Part shown: piece by piece, positions 14,251 to 25,200 of the stretch | How positions within the stretch are numbered: position 1 is the first letter of the stretch | How the letters are laid out: every line of letters begins with the position of its first letter | NCBI RefSeq assembly: GCF_006345805.1 | Contig: NC_043005.1 | Span: forward strand, 70,680,001-70,744,000 | DNA: 64,000 nucleotides | Direction of reading: 5' to 3' | Origin: Octopus sinensis | Lineage: Eukaryota | Made by a program: the position numbers and the translations under genes | Notes under the pieces: model-generated | What the model was told of the DNA's origin: nothing | Database searches by the model: none | What the model saw: the letters and a program-made list of their open reading frames with translations, nothing else

Positions 14251-15384
14251 TAATATGGCAGGACCATGAGTACACCAGTCAAAATGCTTAGTCGCACTTC
14301 ATCCACCTTTATATTCAGAGTTCAAATTCTGCCAAGACCATCCTTTTAAGGCTAATTAAATAAGTACCAGGCAAAAGCTAGGGTCCATGCAATCATCTCC
14401 TACCTCTCAAAAACTGTTACCTTTCTGCCAAAATTTAAAAGCATTATTAAGGCAGTGAGTTGTCAGAATCGTTAGCATGATGAACAAAACAACACTGCTC
14501 ATATGATAGCAAAACTCATTAGCAAATAGCACATTGCTAAGATGTGGAGACACACACACAGTTGCAACCAAGGAAGACCATCACTGACCATTTCCCATGC
14601 AAAGTATCAGAAATGCTCATGCAGGAGGTTATTGTAACAGCAGTCGGCTTCACCCAGGTTGGCATTCGTGACTTCCTTGCTCACCATATCACCCTCATAC
14701 TCAAAAAGACATTGGATAATTGCCTTGCCGGTGATTGCACAACCTAAAATTTTAGGCTTAATAAGGTTTGCACAGAATCTCACAGACCCTTTCTCCCATA
14801 CTGACATGTCCCGGAGACAAACCAGAGCAAGGTATCTGATACCAAGCTTGGGTTGCAAGCTCAGGAATATGAGAGTACCATTATCTCAAATTCAAGCAAA
14901 AGATATCCAAAGTGTTCAATACCATTTCCTACATATCTAGTTTCATATCTGAGTAACTTTCTCCTAGAGACATACTTTAACAAAACCTGAGAAGAGCCTC
15001 ACTTCTAGTAGCTTTTAAGCAAGTTGGGCACCAACACAGGATTTCTGAGTACCTGTGCTATTACTAGATAGTTGTAAAACCTACTTTAGGTCTGCCCTTC
15101 CTTTTAACAAGTCTTGCTCTTCCTCCTGCTGAGATACATAAAATTAGTTTTCTTCAGTTTCCGTTTGCCTAAACCACCCACAAACTTCATCAACACAGGG
15201 AAACAGTATACTGGATACTGGATACTGGGTTGTTTTCATGTTGAACCTCCTAGAAGCTTGTTCACAGGTCCTTTTCCACTAGTACAATTAATTTGTCATA
15301 CGTGGTACAACACTTCGACACTTGTAGCTAATAGTAACAGACAGGGTCAAATTTTGCAGGAAGCTCCCTTCAGTGTGCTTCAAG

Positions 15385-15545
15385 CCTTTTCTTGAAGGCA
15401 TTGACTGATGGAGTTGTGACCATACTGTTTGGTAAACTGTTCCAGGTGGCGGTCATATGTTGTATGAAAAAGCAGCTTCTAATGTTGAGCCTGCAGTGTG
15501 ATCTTTCCAATTTCAGGCTCTGTCCTCTCGTATTTCTGCCTTGGA
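15385..15545 (-). mobile_element. CR1/L2-group LINE, extreme C-terminus
   Basis: Minus frame reads NTRGQSLKLERSHCRLNIRSCFFIQHMTATWNSLPNSMVTTPSVNAFKKRLEAH*, the typical CR1 ORF2 terminal pattern. Confidence 0.8.
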
Positions 15546-16341
15546 AGTAGTTGAATTTGGGGCGGTTGGTAGGCGGAGGCAGTGCGTATAATTATACATG
15601 TTGATCATATCCCCCCTGAGAAAAAAACAATTGCCTGAGGTGCTAATTAATGGGTCTGATTTGAGAACTCTGTGGTTGGGAGCAAACTATTTAACCACAT
15701 AGTGTGAACTTAGCTAGCAATTATAATTTTCTAATTTTGGGTCAAAAGTTTGTTTTACATTTCTTCCCATAAAGCCATAAATGTTAGATACGTAAACACT
15801 TATACAACACTAACAAATACACACAATATATACATCTGTTATCTGTCTATCTCTGTATATGCACGCATCTATACATACATGTATGTATTTACGCACATAC
15901 ACATACATACATACATAATACATGTACATTATAATGCGTACATACATACATATTATATATATATATATATATATATATACATACATAGACATACATATAT
16001 ATAGATATATAGATATATATATATATAAACATATATATATATATATATATATATAAACGTATATATATATACGCACAAATATTCTAATTATTGTTAAGAG
16101 GTTTCATTACTCTGGCTAATTCAACCAAGTCAAAAGCTACTTAATTCTATTTTCAGTATTTATAACAGTAACGCTGCCCTACTGATCTCCAGGTAATCAA
16201 TAATTACCTTAAAAATATATAATTAAAGCAAAGAGTAAACATAAAAATTTTTTTACGAAATAACAACACGTTTCTGCACTAACCAACACCTTTCAACCAG
16301 ATTATGCACTATCAGCATTATTATTATCATTACTATTATTA

Positions 16342-16387
<46 letters not shown>

Positions 16388-16825
16388 CGATGCTAATAAT
16401 CGCTACTCTTGTTGTTGTTGTTGTTGTCAGGAGCTGAAGTAGCGGTACTACCAAGTCTATCAATTAACAAATAGTGCAATTCACCTTTGTATTATATTTT
16501 CTGTGTAAAAGGAGATGTTTTGTAACGTGACTAGTACACGTTTGTGTCTTTACTCTCCATTGAAAAAGGAGTGAAGTCATTAATATCTCTTTGTGGAAAA
16601 CATTCATAAATAGATGTTCCTCATTAACTAAATTGGATTAATGAAGTGCTTTGTTTATTTTAGAAATTTGTGTAGGTTCTTTTGTCTTTGGTTGTTTTTA
16701 AAATTCCGTTTGAAATGCTTGATGATTGTTGAAAGTTATTTGAAAGAGGAAGCTATAGCAAAGAGTACCCTTACCTTTTAGGCAAAATGGAAGGGCGTGT
16801 CCATAACTTGAGACTAGCGAGAGTG

Positions 16826-16995
16826 TGGAAGGAATGCAGGCATAGTGTGATTAAAAGCATGCTTTCCAACCACATGGTTCTTGGTTCATTCCCATTGCAT
16901 GGCATCTTGCACAAATGTCTTCTACTATGGTCTTGGGTCAATCGAAACCTTGTGAGTGGATCTGGGAGATGGAAACAGAAACAAGCCTGTTGTGT
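16826..16995 (+). mobile_element. SINE family B, 5' half
   Basis: CCAACCACATGGTTCTTGGTTCATTCCCATTGC...CAAATGTCTTCTACTATGG matches 37838. Confidence 0.75.
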
Positions 16996-17009
16996 ATATA
17001 CACGCACAA

Positions 17010-17075
<66 letters not shown>

Positions 17076-17306
17076 GGAAATGGATGCATGGCATTCCATT
17101 AAATAATAATAATAAATAATATATATATGTATATATATTTTCAAAATGTAACCACATTATTTATATATATAAATATATAAATAAATAAATATATTATATA
17201 TATATATATGTATGTATGTGTGTATGTGTGTATGTGTGTGTATGTATATACATGTATATATATGTATATATATATGTATATATACATTTTCAAAATGTAA
17301 CCACAT

Positions 17307-17484
17307 GTGAATCGCTGGCGATTTTCATTTTCTCCGTCTTCCTTTACTGTTGGACTTTCCTCTGTTTCTGAAGAAGTACTTTGCTCGAAACGTTAAACCA
17401 CCTTCCACACTTTCCCTGAGTGTCTGCTAATGTACCACACCTTGATTGTTGTCTTTTTGTATTTTTCCTTGTGTTTTTTATTTA

Positions 17485-17490
<6 letters not shown>
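17307..17490 (+). mobile_element. Short unit with a minimal hammerhead-like motif; probable solo Penelope pseudo-LTR
   Basis: GTTT-CTGAAGA-A-GTACTTTGCTC-GAAAC-GTT-AAAC at 17364-17398; flanked by microsatellites; related to 4597-4806. Confidence 0.5.
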
Positions 17491-17533
<43 letters not shown>

Positions 17534-17696
17534 TACATACACACATATATATATATATATAACTAAATGAAAGAATGGAGTCGAACGAAGATGTTAACAA
17601 AATTCCTTTACTCTCGACATATTTTTCGAAGACAACATCTTTTCATTCCAAAGGAATAAAGGGTGCATTACAGATGAAGATGGAACCATTGAACCA

Positions 17697-19752
17697 TTGA
17701 ACCCTAGGCAACCCAGATTCATCTTAAAGGACCACAAGCAGAACTTTCATACTAACCCAGCATTGCGGCTCATATGTCCTTCCAGTTCAGACATCGGTAC
17801 CCTTAGTAAATACATATTAGATAAGTATATCCCTATATTAATTAATAAATTAAAACTTAGCTTATGGTCCAATTCTGTTCAAGTCGTTGATTGGTTTACT
17901 TCTACTACTGATAAGGCCAACACTAAATTTATCCAATTCGATATATCTAGTTTCTATTCTTCAATCATCCCTATTATACTTATTAAGGCCCTATGGCACG
18001 CACACAATAAGGCAGGCCTCTCCAGGGAGGAAATTAGTGTGATATTAACTGCTAGGAAATCTTTAATCCAGTTCGATAGCAAGTTGTGGGTCCGTAGAGA
18101 TACCCCTAATGCGTTTGATGTACTAATGGGAAGTACAGACAGCGCCAAGATAGCCGATTTGGTCAGAATTTATATTCTTTATGAAATGGCCGACCAATTC
18201 CCGGACATCTGTGGAGGTCTTTATCGCGACGATTGTCTGCTTTACCCCCAAAATGTTTCGAACCAAAAAATACAGAAGGTTAAGAACAGATTAGTTAGGT
18301 TTTTTTAGTAGAATGGGCTTGCGCATAGTTTTTGACGATGATTTATCTAAAGCCAACTTCTTAGACATTACCCTCAATTTGCAGAATAACTCATACTTTC
18401 CTTATCATAAACCTTCCACAAATCTTAAGTATATTAGCATTTTCAGTAATCATGCCAGGCCAATAACCGATAATTTAGTTAAAAACATATCTCTGAGACT
18501 GTCCATTTTATCTGCTAATGTCAACATCTTTAACCAAAAGGTAGACTTCTATAACGCCGCCTTGTTAAAAGCCGGTTATAAGGAGAAAGTGTCATACATC
18601 GACTCAGCTCATTCTAAACCAACATCTGCTTCTCCAGATAGTAAAGTTACTCGTATTAGAAATAATGATTTCAATTCTAATAGTGCCGGCAACCCTGTAC
18701 ATAAAATAAATTCTTTACGGACTAGAGAAGGTAAACGCCATGCAACCCCAAATTTCCAACCCAGAAGTTTTCCCCTTACTATCACAAATAACACTAAGAA
18801 CAATTCAAAGGCCACAAAAAACTGTATCTGGTTCGTAATACCTTTCGGAAAACAAATTAAATCGAACCTTCCCTTACAGTTCCGTGAAGCCGTTGCTAGG
18901 AACTTTCCCAGAAATTCTAGATATCATTCTATTATCAATTCCCACAAGGTCAGAATCGCTTTCTCTAACACTAGGAATCTTTCATAAAATAATATCTTCC
19001 CACAATACCAAGCTGCTAAACAAAGATTCTTCACCCGGGAGTTCCAACACTAATCTTGCTAATTCCAACCCATCATGCAATCATAATAATAGGAATAGTA
19101 TTAATAGTAACAGCATTGGTAGCAGCGAAAGTATTAACAATGATAATATTAATAATAGTATTAGTTGTGTTAATAACAATGGTAGTGTTGATGGTAACAA
19201 CAATAACGGTATTATTGTCGGTGGTATTACTGGTTGTAGTACCATTAATAACACTAATACTAATAGAAATAGTGTAGTTGTTAGCGCTAATAATAATAGT
19301 AACAACAATCATAACAACAAAAACTTCGTTTCGATCTCGGAGGACAACCCCAACAGAATTAAATTTTTGTCTAGTAATTCTAAGATTAAGAATTCTATTT
19401 ACCAGTGTAGAATTTCTTCCGGTACCGATGTCTTCTATATAGGAGCGTCCACTCCCCAGTTATCCAAGAGAATTTCAAACCACTATTCAACATTCAGGGA
19501 TAGTAAAAACGACATAGTACAGGGCTAGGTAAATTAGTTTGGCGTCTTAAAGACAACAATGTAAATTTCAAGTTAGATTGGTTCATACTGTCTGTATCCT
19601 TTCCTTTTGATAAGGGCAGGAGATTTTGTAACATTTGTAACTCTGAACACTTCCATATTCTTTTCTCAAAGGTTCCCCTAGTAAACACACTCATAGAAAA
19701 ATCATACAAATGTAGACACTGACAGAAACACACTTTCTACTCATATAACTGA
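17697..19752 (+). pseudogene. PLE reverse transcriptase-GIY-YIG ORF split by three single-base frameshifts
   Basis: ORFs 17697-18308, 18313-18987 and 18884-19528 plus an unannotated frame from 19519 (TGLGKLVWRLKDNNVNFKLDW...KCRH*) join into one RT-EN protein. Confidence 0.88.
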
Positions 19753-20031
19753 TAAAGATAGTCACTGTGGTTTGAACAATTAGCTTTACGTCCATCCCAC
19801 TTCTATAGAGAAATAATTCTTTCCTAAGCCTTCGAATATTCTTTCAATTAAACGTTCCCTTCCCTCTCCACTTGTTCCCTACCTATTATTCCTTTGACCC
19901 TTCTCTTCCTACTATCTATCTTTGGCGTCAATTCTTCTAACGGTTTTTTAAAAAAACACTCATTATATCGCTTTGTTTACCATGTAGGCAGTCATCGAAA
20001 TCTTTGTTTGTCTTGTTGTCGAGAGAGGCTC

Positions 20032-20124
20032 CCTTTCTTTCCTGATGAGAAGATTGCATAATGCACCCTTTATTCCTTTGGAATGAAACGATGTTGTCTT
20101 CGAAACATATGTCGAGAGTAAAGG
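20032..20124 (+). ncRNA. Type I hammerhead ribozyme in the PLE 3' pseudo-LTR
   Basis: Stem I CCTTTCTTTC (20032-41) pairs with GAGAG-t-AAAGG (20114-24); core CTGATGA (20042-48); stem II GAAGA/TCTTC (20049-53/20097-101); GAAAC (20102-06); palindromic stem III ACATATGT; cleavage triplet GTC (20111-13). Confidence 0.8.
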
Positions 20125-20324
20125 AATTTTGTTAACATCTTCGTTCGACTCCATTCTTTCATTTACAACAGAAATACAACACACAAATTTCTGCACATAA
20201 ACCCGGAGCTTCTACCCTTGACGGGTCGCTTCAACCGTGTTTCTGATGTGAATTTGCTACCCAGGTTTCGGTTAAACAAATTTTCCATGCTGACGATAAA
20301 CATAGGATAATTCATTCACCTACT

Positions 20325-20392
<68 letters not shown>

Positions 20393-20520
20393 CATGCACA
20401 TATATATGTGTGTGTTATATATATATGCATATATGGATACAGGATGTCACCAACTGTGTAAACAACATGAAACATGTAGTCAAACAATTTAAATACATAG
20501 ACATTGAGAGAAAAAAATGG

Positions 20521-20797
20521 AAAACAGGATAAGTAAACACAGAGAAACGAACCTTCATCAGTTGTGAGCTGTTTAGGTGAAGATAGAGAGATGACAACTG
20601 ATGAAGGGTCATTTTCCTGTATTTATTATCCTGTTTTCTATTTTTCTCTCGTTGTTTATGTATTTAACTTGTTTGTCTACGTGTTTCAACGTAAATAGAA
20701 AACAGGATAATAAATGCAGAGAAATGACCCTTCATCAGTTGTCAGCTGTCTATCTACACCTAGACAGCTCACAGCTGATGAAGAGAGTCATTTCTCA
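20521..20797. repeat. Four-arm alternating inverted repeat
   Basis: Arms at 20521-65, 20593-638, 20698-743 and 20772-96 share CCTTCATCAGTTGTC or its reverse complement; arms 2 and 3 are near-perfect complements. Confidence 0.85.
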
Positions 20798-20955
20798 TTG
20801 GTCGAAGCCAATGGCGATTTTATTGAATAAATTTACTCTTTAGTATTTCAAGATATTTTCATGTAATTTTGGTAAATATATCTGTTAAAATGAGATATTT
20901 GTGTTATTTTAATTTTTGTGTAATTGAGATGACAATATATTCACCATATCCTGTA
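20798..20955 (+). mobile_element. 3' end of a DD37D/maT-like Tc1-mariner element
   Basis: GAAGCCAATGGCGATTTTATTGAATAA...TTCACCATATCCTGTAT matches the ends of 48102-49760, 55680-55992 and 58105-58968. Confidence 0.8.
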
Positions 20956-21220
20956 TGTATATATAATGTTCATCTGTCTTGCCCGCATATTTTTCTAGTG
21001 TCCGCTGAATTTTTCTCTAGAGAACATTCTTTTCTTTGTAGTTTGATCGCAGGTGATCTACTTCTAGCATATGGCTAACCACATAGTGGTGTTTAGCCCT
21101 TTAAATATACACATGTATTAGAATTTTCTCTAATTCTTCAGATTTTTGTATGCTAGGCTACTGGTTTTAAATTGATATTAATTAAATTAATATTCAATTT
21201 ATCTCCCTCATTATTTAAAT

Positions 21221-21311
<91 letters not shown>

Positions 21312-21454
21312 GTTTTACTATGTAGCTTGTAGCCTGATCCATTAAAGAAGCATTTTTATGAGATTTGTTATATCCATGTAATATGCATCAAATTTATATA
21401 TATATATATATATACGTGTGTGTGTGTATGTATGTGAGAGAGCGTGTGTGAGAG

Positions 21455-21675
21455 TGTGTGTGTGTCTTTTTGCCTGTGTTTGTCCCCTACCACTACCACT
21501 TCACCAGTGTAGATGTGTTTACATACCTGCAACCTAGCAGTTCGGCAAAAGATACTGATAGAATAAGTACTAGGCTTACAAAGAATAAGTCCTGGGGTCG
21601 ATTTGCTTGACTAAAGGCGATGCACCAGCATGGCCACAGTCAAATGACTGAAACAAATGAAAGAGTAAAAGTGTA
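21455..21675 (+). mobile_element. SINE family B, 3' half
   Basis: GATAGAATAAGTACTAGGCTTACAAAGAATAAGTCCTGGGGTCGATTTGC...AAATGACTGAAACAA. Confidence 0.85.
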
Positions 21676-21693
21676 AAGAGAGAGAGAGAGAGT

Positions 21694-21755
<62 letters not shown>

Positions 21756-23209
21756 GTATATGTATATATAGATAGATAAATATAGATATAGATATATATG
21801 CACACACATATATATATGTGTATGTGTTTATGTGTGTGAGTGTGTACATGTATACATACATTTATACATCTATATACATATTATATTTGAGGCTAATGAT
21901 ACATTGTGTTGCTATTCGGTGTTTCCTGGTCCTTTTATGTCCTAGATGTTATAGGAAACAGAGCCTTTAAAGAGACAGAGGACTCATGTACTTGTCTGTT
22001 TCGACGTCATTAGTCAGTCGTTGGCTGGGTGCAGCAACTTGGACATAATTACAATTTATAATTCCATGTTGTAACAAAAATGGGTTTAGCTAAATCCAGT
22101 TCCCATTACAATATGAATGCTTTCCTGTCTGAAGTCACAGGGGTTTCTTTAAATGATTACTGCTGTATATTCACAAGAACATCATCTGTTGTTTTTCTTG
22201 TGTGCTTTGAAAGCCATAATAGGATGATGTTCTTTTCAGTTATGCATGGCAGGGGAAGATCTTTATGAGCTGTTAACATGAGGCATTCCAGTTTTGAACA
22301 ATGGATCAGCTTTTTGAAGTTTTATCAATTCTATTCTCCTTTATGCAGCTGATGTTCTGCATAAGGGACCATGTGGAATTCCTTTTCTTTCTGTTTGGAT
22401 AAGCAGCATACTTTTTCAGAAAAATTTTCTATGAATTGAATATACTTTCTCTCAATACAAGTGTCAAATAATAGCTTGGTTTAACATACTAGACATATTT
22501 TGAGGCACTTCTGAGAGGTCAAAACGTAGTACTACTACAAAGGCATTCTTCTATGACTTTAGCTTGTTCCTGCATATGTGATTAATTCTATAATTTTATG
22601 ATATTGGAAAGTTGATTTCAAAACACAAGGATTTATATAGATGTAACTGATCTTTATCCATTGCTTTTTCCCAGTTTATGATAATGCATTTGAGTGTGAA
22701 ATGTTTTTGGAGCACAACTACAGCATTTCCAGCCATAGGCTGTTACATTTATCCTAAAAAGTGCATTAAACCAGGTTATTTTCATTTGCCTAGTTTATAC
22801 TTATTCTAGTTACTTTAAGTCTGTTTTATCACATTACATTATTATAAAAGTGGATAGAAAATTGGAATATGTTTTACTGGAGAATATAACAAATTTTATT
22901 CTGATAATGTTGGATTATCACACACAAGTTTATATACATATACACACACAATACACACACAAATACATACATACACATACACACACACAAACATGCAAAT
23001 ACACATACACACACACATAGATATAGTGATGTAAACAAGAAAAATAGATCTCAAAATATGAGTGTATGTATATTCTTATTAATATTTAGCAGAAGTAACG
23101 GATTGACTTCAGGGTTGAGAGTAGGTGTTTATCAAACTAGTGTGATAAATACCAATGTATCAAACCCTTGGTCCTTGAGTCACTCTATTACTTCTGCTAT
23201 ATCATAATC

Positions 23210-23460
23210 ATCATCATCATCATTGTTTAACATCTGTTTTCCATGCTGGAGTGGGTTGAATGGTATGACATGGAGCTGGTCAGCCGGGGAGCTGTTCAGA
23301 CTCCAGCTGTCTATTGTGGCTTTGTTTCTATGGCTGGATGCCCTTCCTAATGTCAACCACTTTACAGAGAATGCTGGTTGCTCTTTGCATGCCACAGACA
23401 TGGGTGCATTTACACAGCACCAGCACAGGTGCATTTTATGTGACACTGGCCCTAAAAGGA
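23210..23460 (-). mobile_element. SINE-like family D with (GAT)n tail
   Basis: CATCAT...GTTTAACATCTGTTTTCCATGC...GCTGGATGCCCTTCCTAATG is shared with 32632, 42383 and 63535. Confidence 0.75.
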
Positions 23461-23479
23461 CAAGTCTGTATGTATGGAA

Positions 23480-24010
23480 AGGTCTACCCTTTCCACAGAT
23501 TCCCTCCAGCATTAGAGCCCAGCACTCCTTTATGCAGCTGTCCTCATCCATACACATCCAGCACAGCCTTCTTGCTTGTATACAACATCTTATGCCTCTT
23601 ATACCCAGTTTTCCTCTTAAATCATTTACACTCTGTCATGTGTGCACATTGACATTACCTATCCAGTGGAGCATGCTAGCTTCACTTCTTTCAAGCCTTT
23701 GCAAGTCCTCTGGAGTCAAAGCTCATGTTCTACTGCGATGAAACATAACTGTACATACACAGGCATCATACAATATGCCTTTCACTCTGAGGAAGAAACC
23801 CTTAATTACCAACAAAGTTACAAGTTCTCTGAACTTTGCCCAGCTTGTTCTTAGCCCAGCAACTACACTTTCAGAACTTTCTCCTGTACTACTAACTTTG
23901 TATCCTTGGTAACAGAAGTTATCTACTGCTTCTAATGATCCCCATAAGCATTTGAGGGAGTCTACTGACTGCTAATTTCTAGTGTTTATTATACCAGCAC
24001 ATTTACCAAA
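23480..24010 (-). mobile_element. RTE-clade LINE, RT C-terminal remnant
   Basis: Minus strand reads LEAVDNFCYQG...WAKFRELVTLL...KGILYDACV...LQRLERSEASMLHW...LRGKLGIRGIRCCIQARRL...EGICGKGRP. Confidence 0.88.
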
Positions 24011-24164
24011 CAAAATCCCTATATGCTCCATTAACATTCCCATAATACTACTACACCTCTTATGTGTACAAAGCTCGAACTAAGTATGTATTAATAAATA
24101 TGTGTGTATATGTGTGTGAGTGTGTGTGCATGCACGTGTGTGTGTGTGTGTGTGTTAAATAAAA

Positions 24165-24270
24165 TGAGACAACAAAGCCAAGGTAGCGTGAAATTTCTAG
24201 GTCTTATAAAGAGAAAGGTAGTCTTACAGCTGTTTCGGGGATATGTGGGATATCCCTTCATTAGAGCAGT
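24165..24270 (-). mobile_element. Pseudo-LTR-like fragment with a decayed hammerhead
   Basis: Minus strand CTAATGA-A-GGGATAT(CCCAC)ATATCCC-C-GAAAC-AGCT-GTA; palindromic stem III ACAGCTGT. Confidence 0.6.
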
Positions 24271-24699
24271 ACTTGGAAGAGTCCTCTCTAAGGCGCAGAC
24301 CTGAGCAATATTTTTAACGTTCTATAGATGACCAGCAATAGCCCATGCATGCCACTTTCCCAAGAGAAAGAAACAAACTGATGCGGCTTAGCAACAGTGT
24401 TATTGGAGGTATTGCCCTCAGAACAAAAGGATGCAGAAGGACTACCTCGATGCATCTTGCGTAATATTCTAACAGTTCAGCTAATTTGTCTCCCTGGACT
24501 AGCACTATATTCTTCATCCTTGGAACAATGAAATACTGTGTTGACACTGGTGGGATTTGAACTTAAAGCATAGAAAACAGGAACAAGTACTGCAAGATAT
24601 TATACCCAATCTACCAAGTTTGCTAATTCACCACACACACACATAAATATAGATAGTTAAGTAGATAGATAAATGTAAGTAGGTATGTAGGTGTATATA

Positions 24700-25007
24700 T
24701 GTATTCTTTTATTTGTTTCAGTCATTTGATTGTGGCCATACTGGAGCACCGCCTATAGTTGAACAAATCAACCCCAGGACTTATTCTTTGTAAGCCTAGT
24801 ACTTATTCTATCGGTCTCTTTTGCCGAACCACTAAATTATGGGGATGTAAACACACGAACATTGGTTGTCAAGCGATGGTGGGGTGACAAATACAGATAC
24901 ACAAACATATACTTATACATATATATGTATATATATATATATATATGGCGGTGCCCCAGCATGGCCACAGCTCATTAGCTGAAACTGGAAAAATCAAAAT
25001 CAAAATC

Positions 25008-25045
<38 letters not shown>

Positions 25046-25200
25046 CAGGCTTCTTTCAGTTTCCATCTACCAAATCCACTCACAAGGCTTTGGTTGGCCC
25101 AAGGCTATAGTAGAAGCCACTTGCCCAAAGTGCTTTGCAATGGAACTGAACGCAGAACCATGTTGTTAGTAAGCAAGCTACTTACCACACAGCCACTTCT
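24700..25200 (-). mobile_element. SINE family B, interrupted by (TA)n and a short opposite-strand family B 3' end (about 24946-24995)
   Basis: Reverse complement of family B 3' half at 24700-24900 and 5' half at 25045-25200. Confidence 0.85.

Larger units (their letters stand above)
17564..20325 (+). mobile_element. Penelope-like retroelement with C-terminal endonuclease (resembles the Hydra clade), 5'-truncated with an inverted pseudo-LTR segment
   Basis: RT motifs LKDHKQNFHTNPALRLICP, QFDISSFYSSI, LMGSTDSAKIADLV, GLYRDD and NFLDITLNL; GIY-YIG-type SIYQCRI...FYIGAS...KRISNH; C-terminal CNICNSEH...KCRH. 17564-17670 is a 107-bp inverted copy of 20059-20165. Both ends abut (TA)n. Confidence 0.92.

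Noticed and set aside
19711-19752. In-frame TGA in KCRH*QKH as a possible selenocysteine, by analogy to selenoprotein-encoding Naiad PLEs
   Set aside because: It is a single TGA at a non-Cys position, most simply a CGA-to-TGA change; I found no SECIS and the domain order is not Naiad-like.
21985-22020. Minus-strand CTAATGA-CGTC-GAAAC as a hammerhead
   Set aside because: No stem II or stem I can form and the core is mutated.
22040-22760. Possible hAT transposase or host exon remnant
   Set aside because: All frames are broken and no diagnostic motif could be read with confidence.
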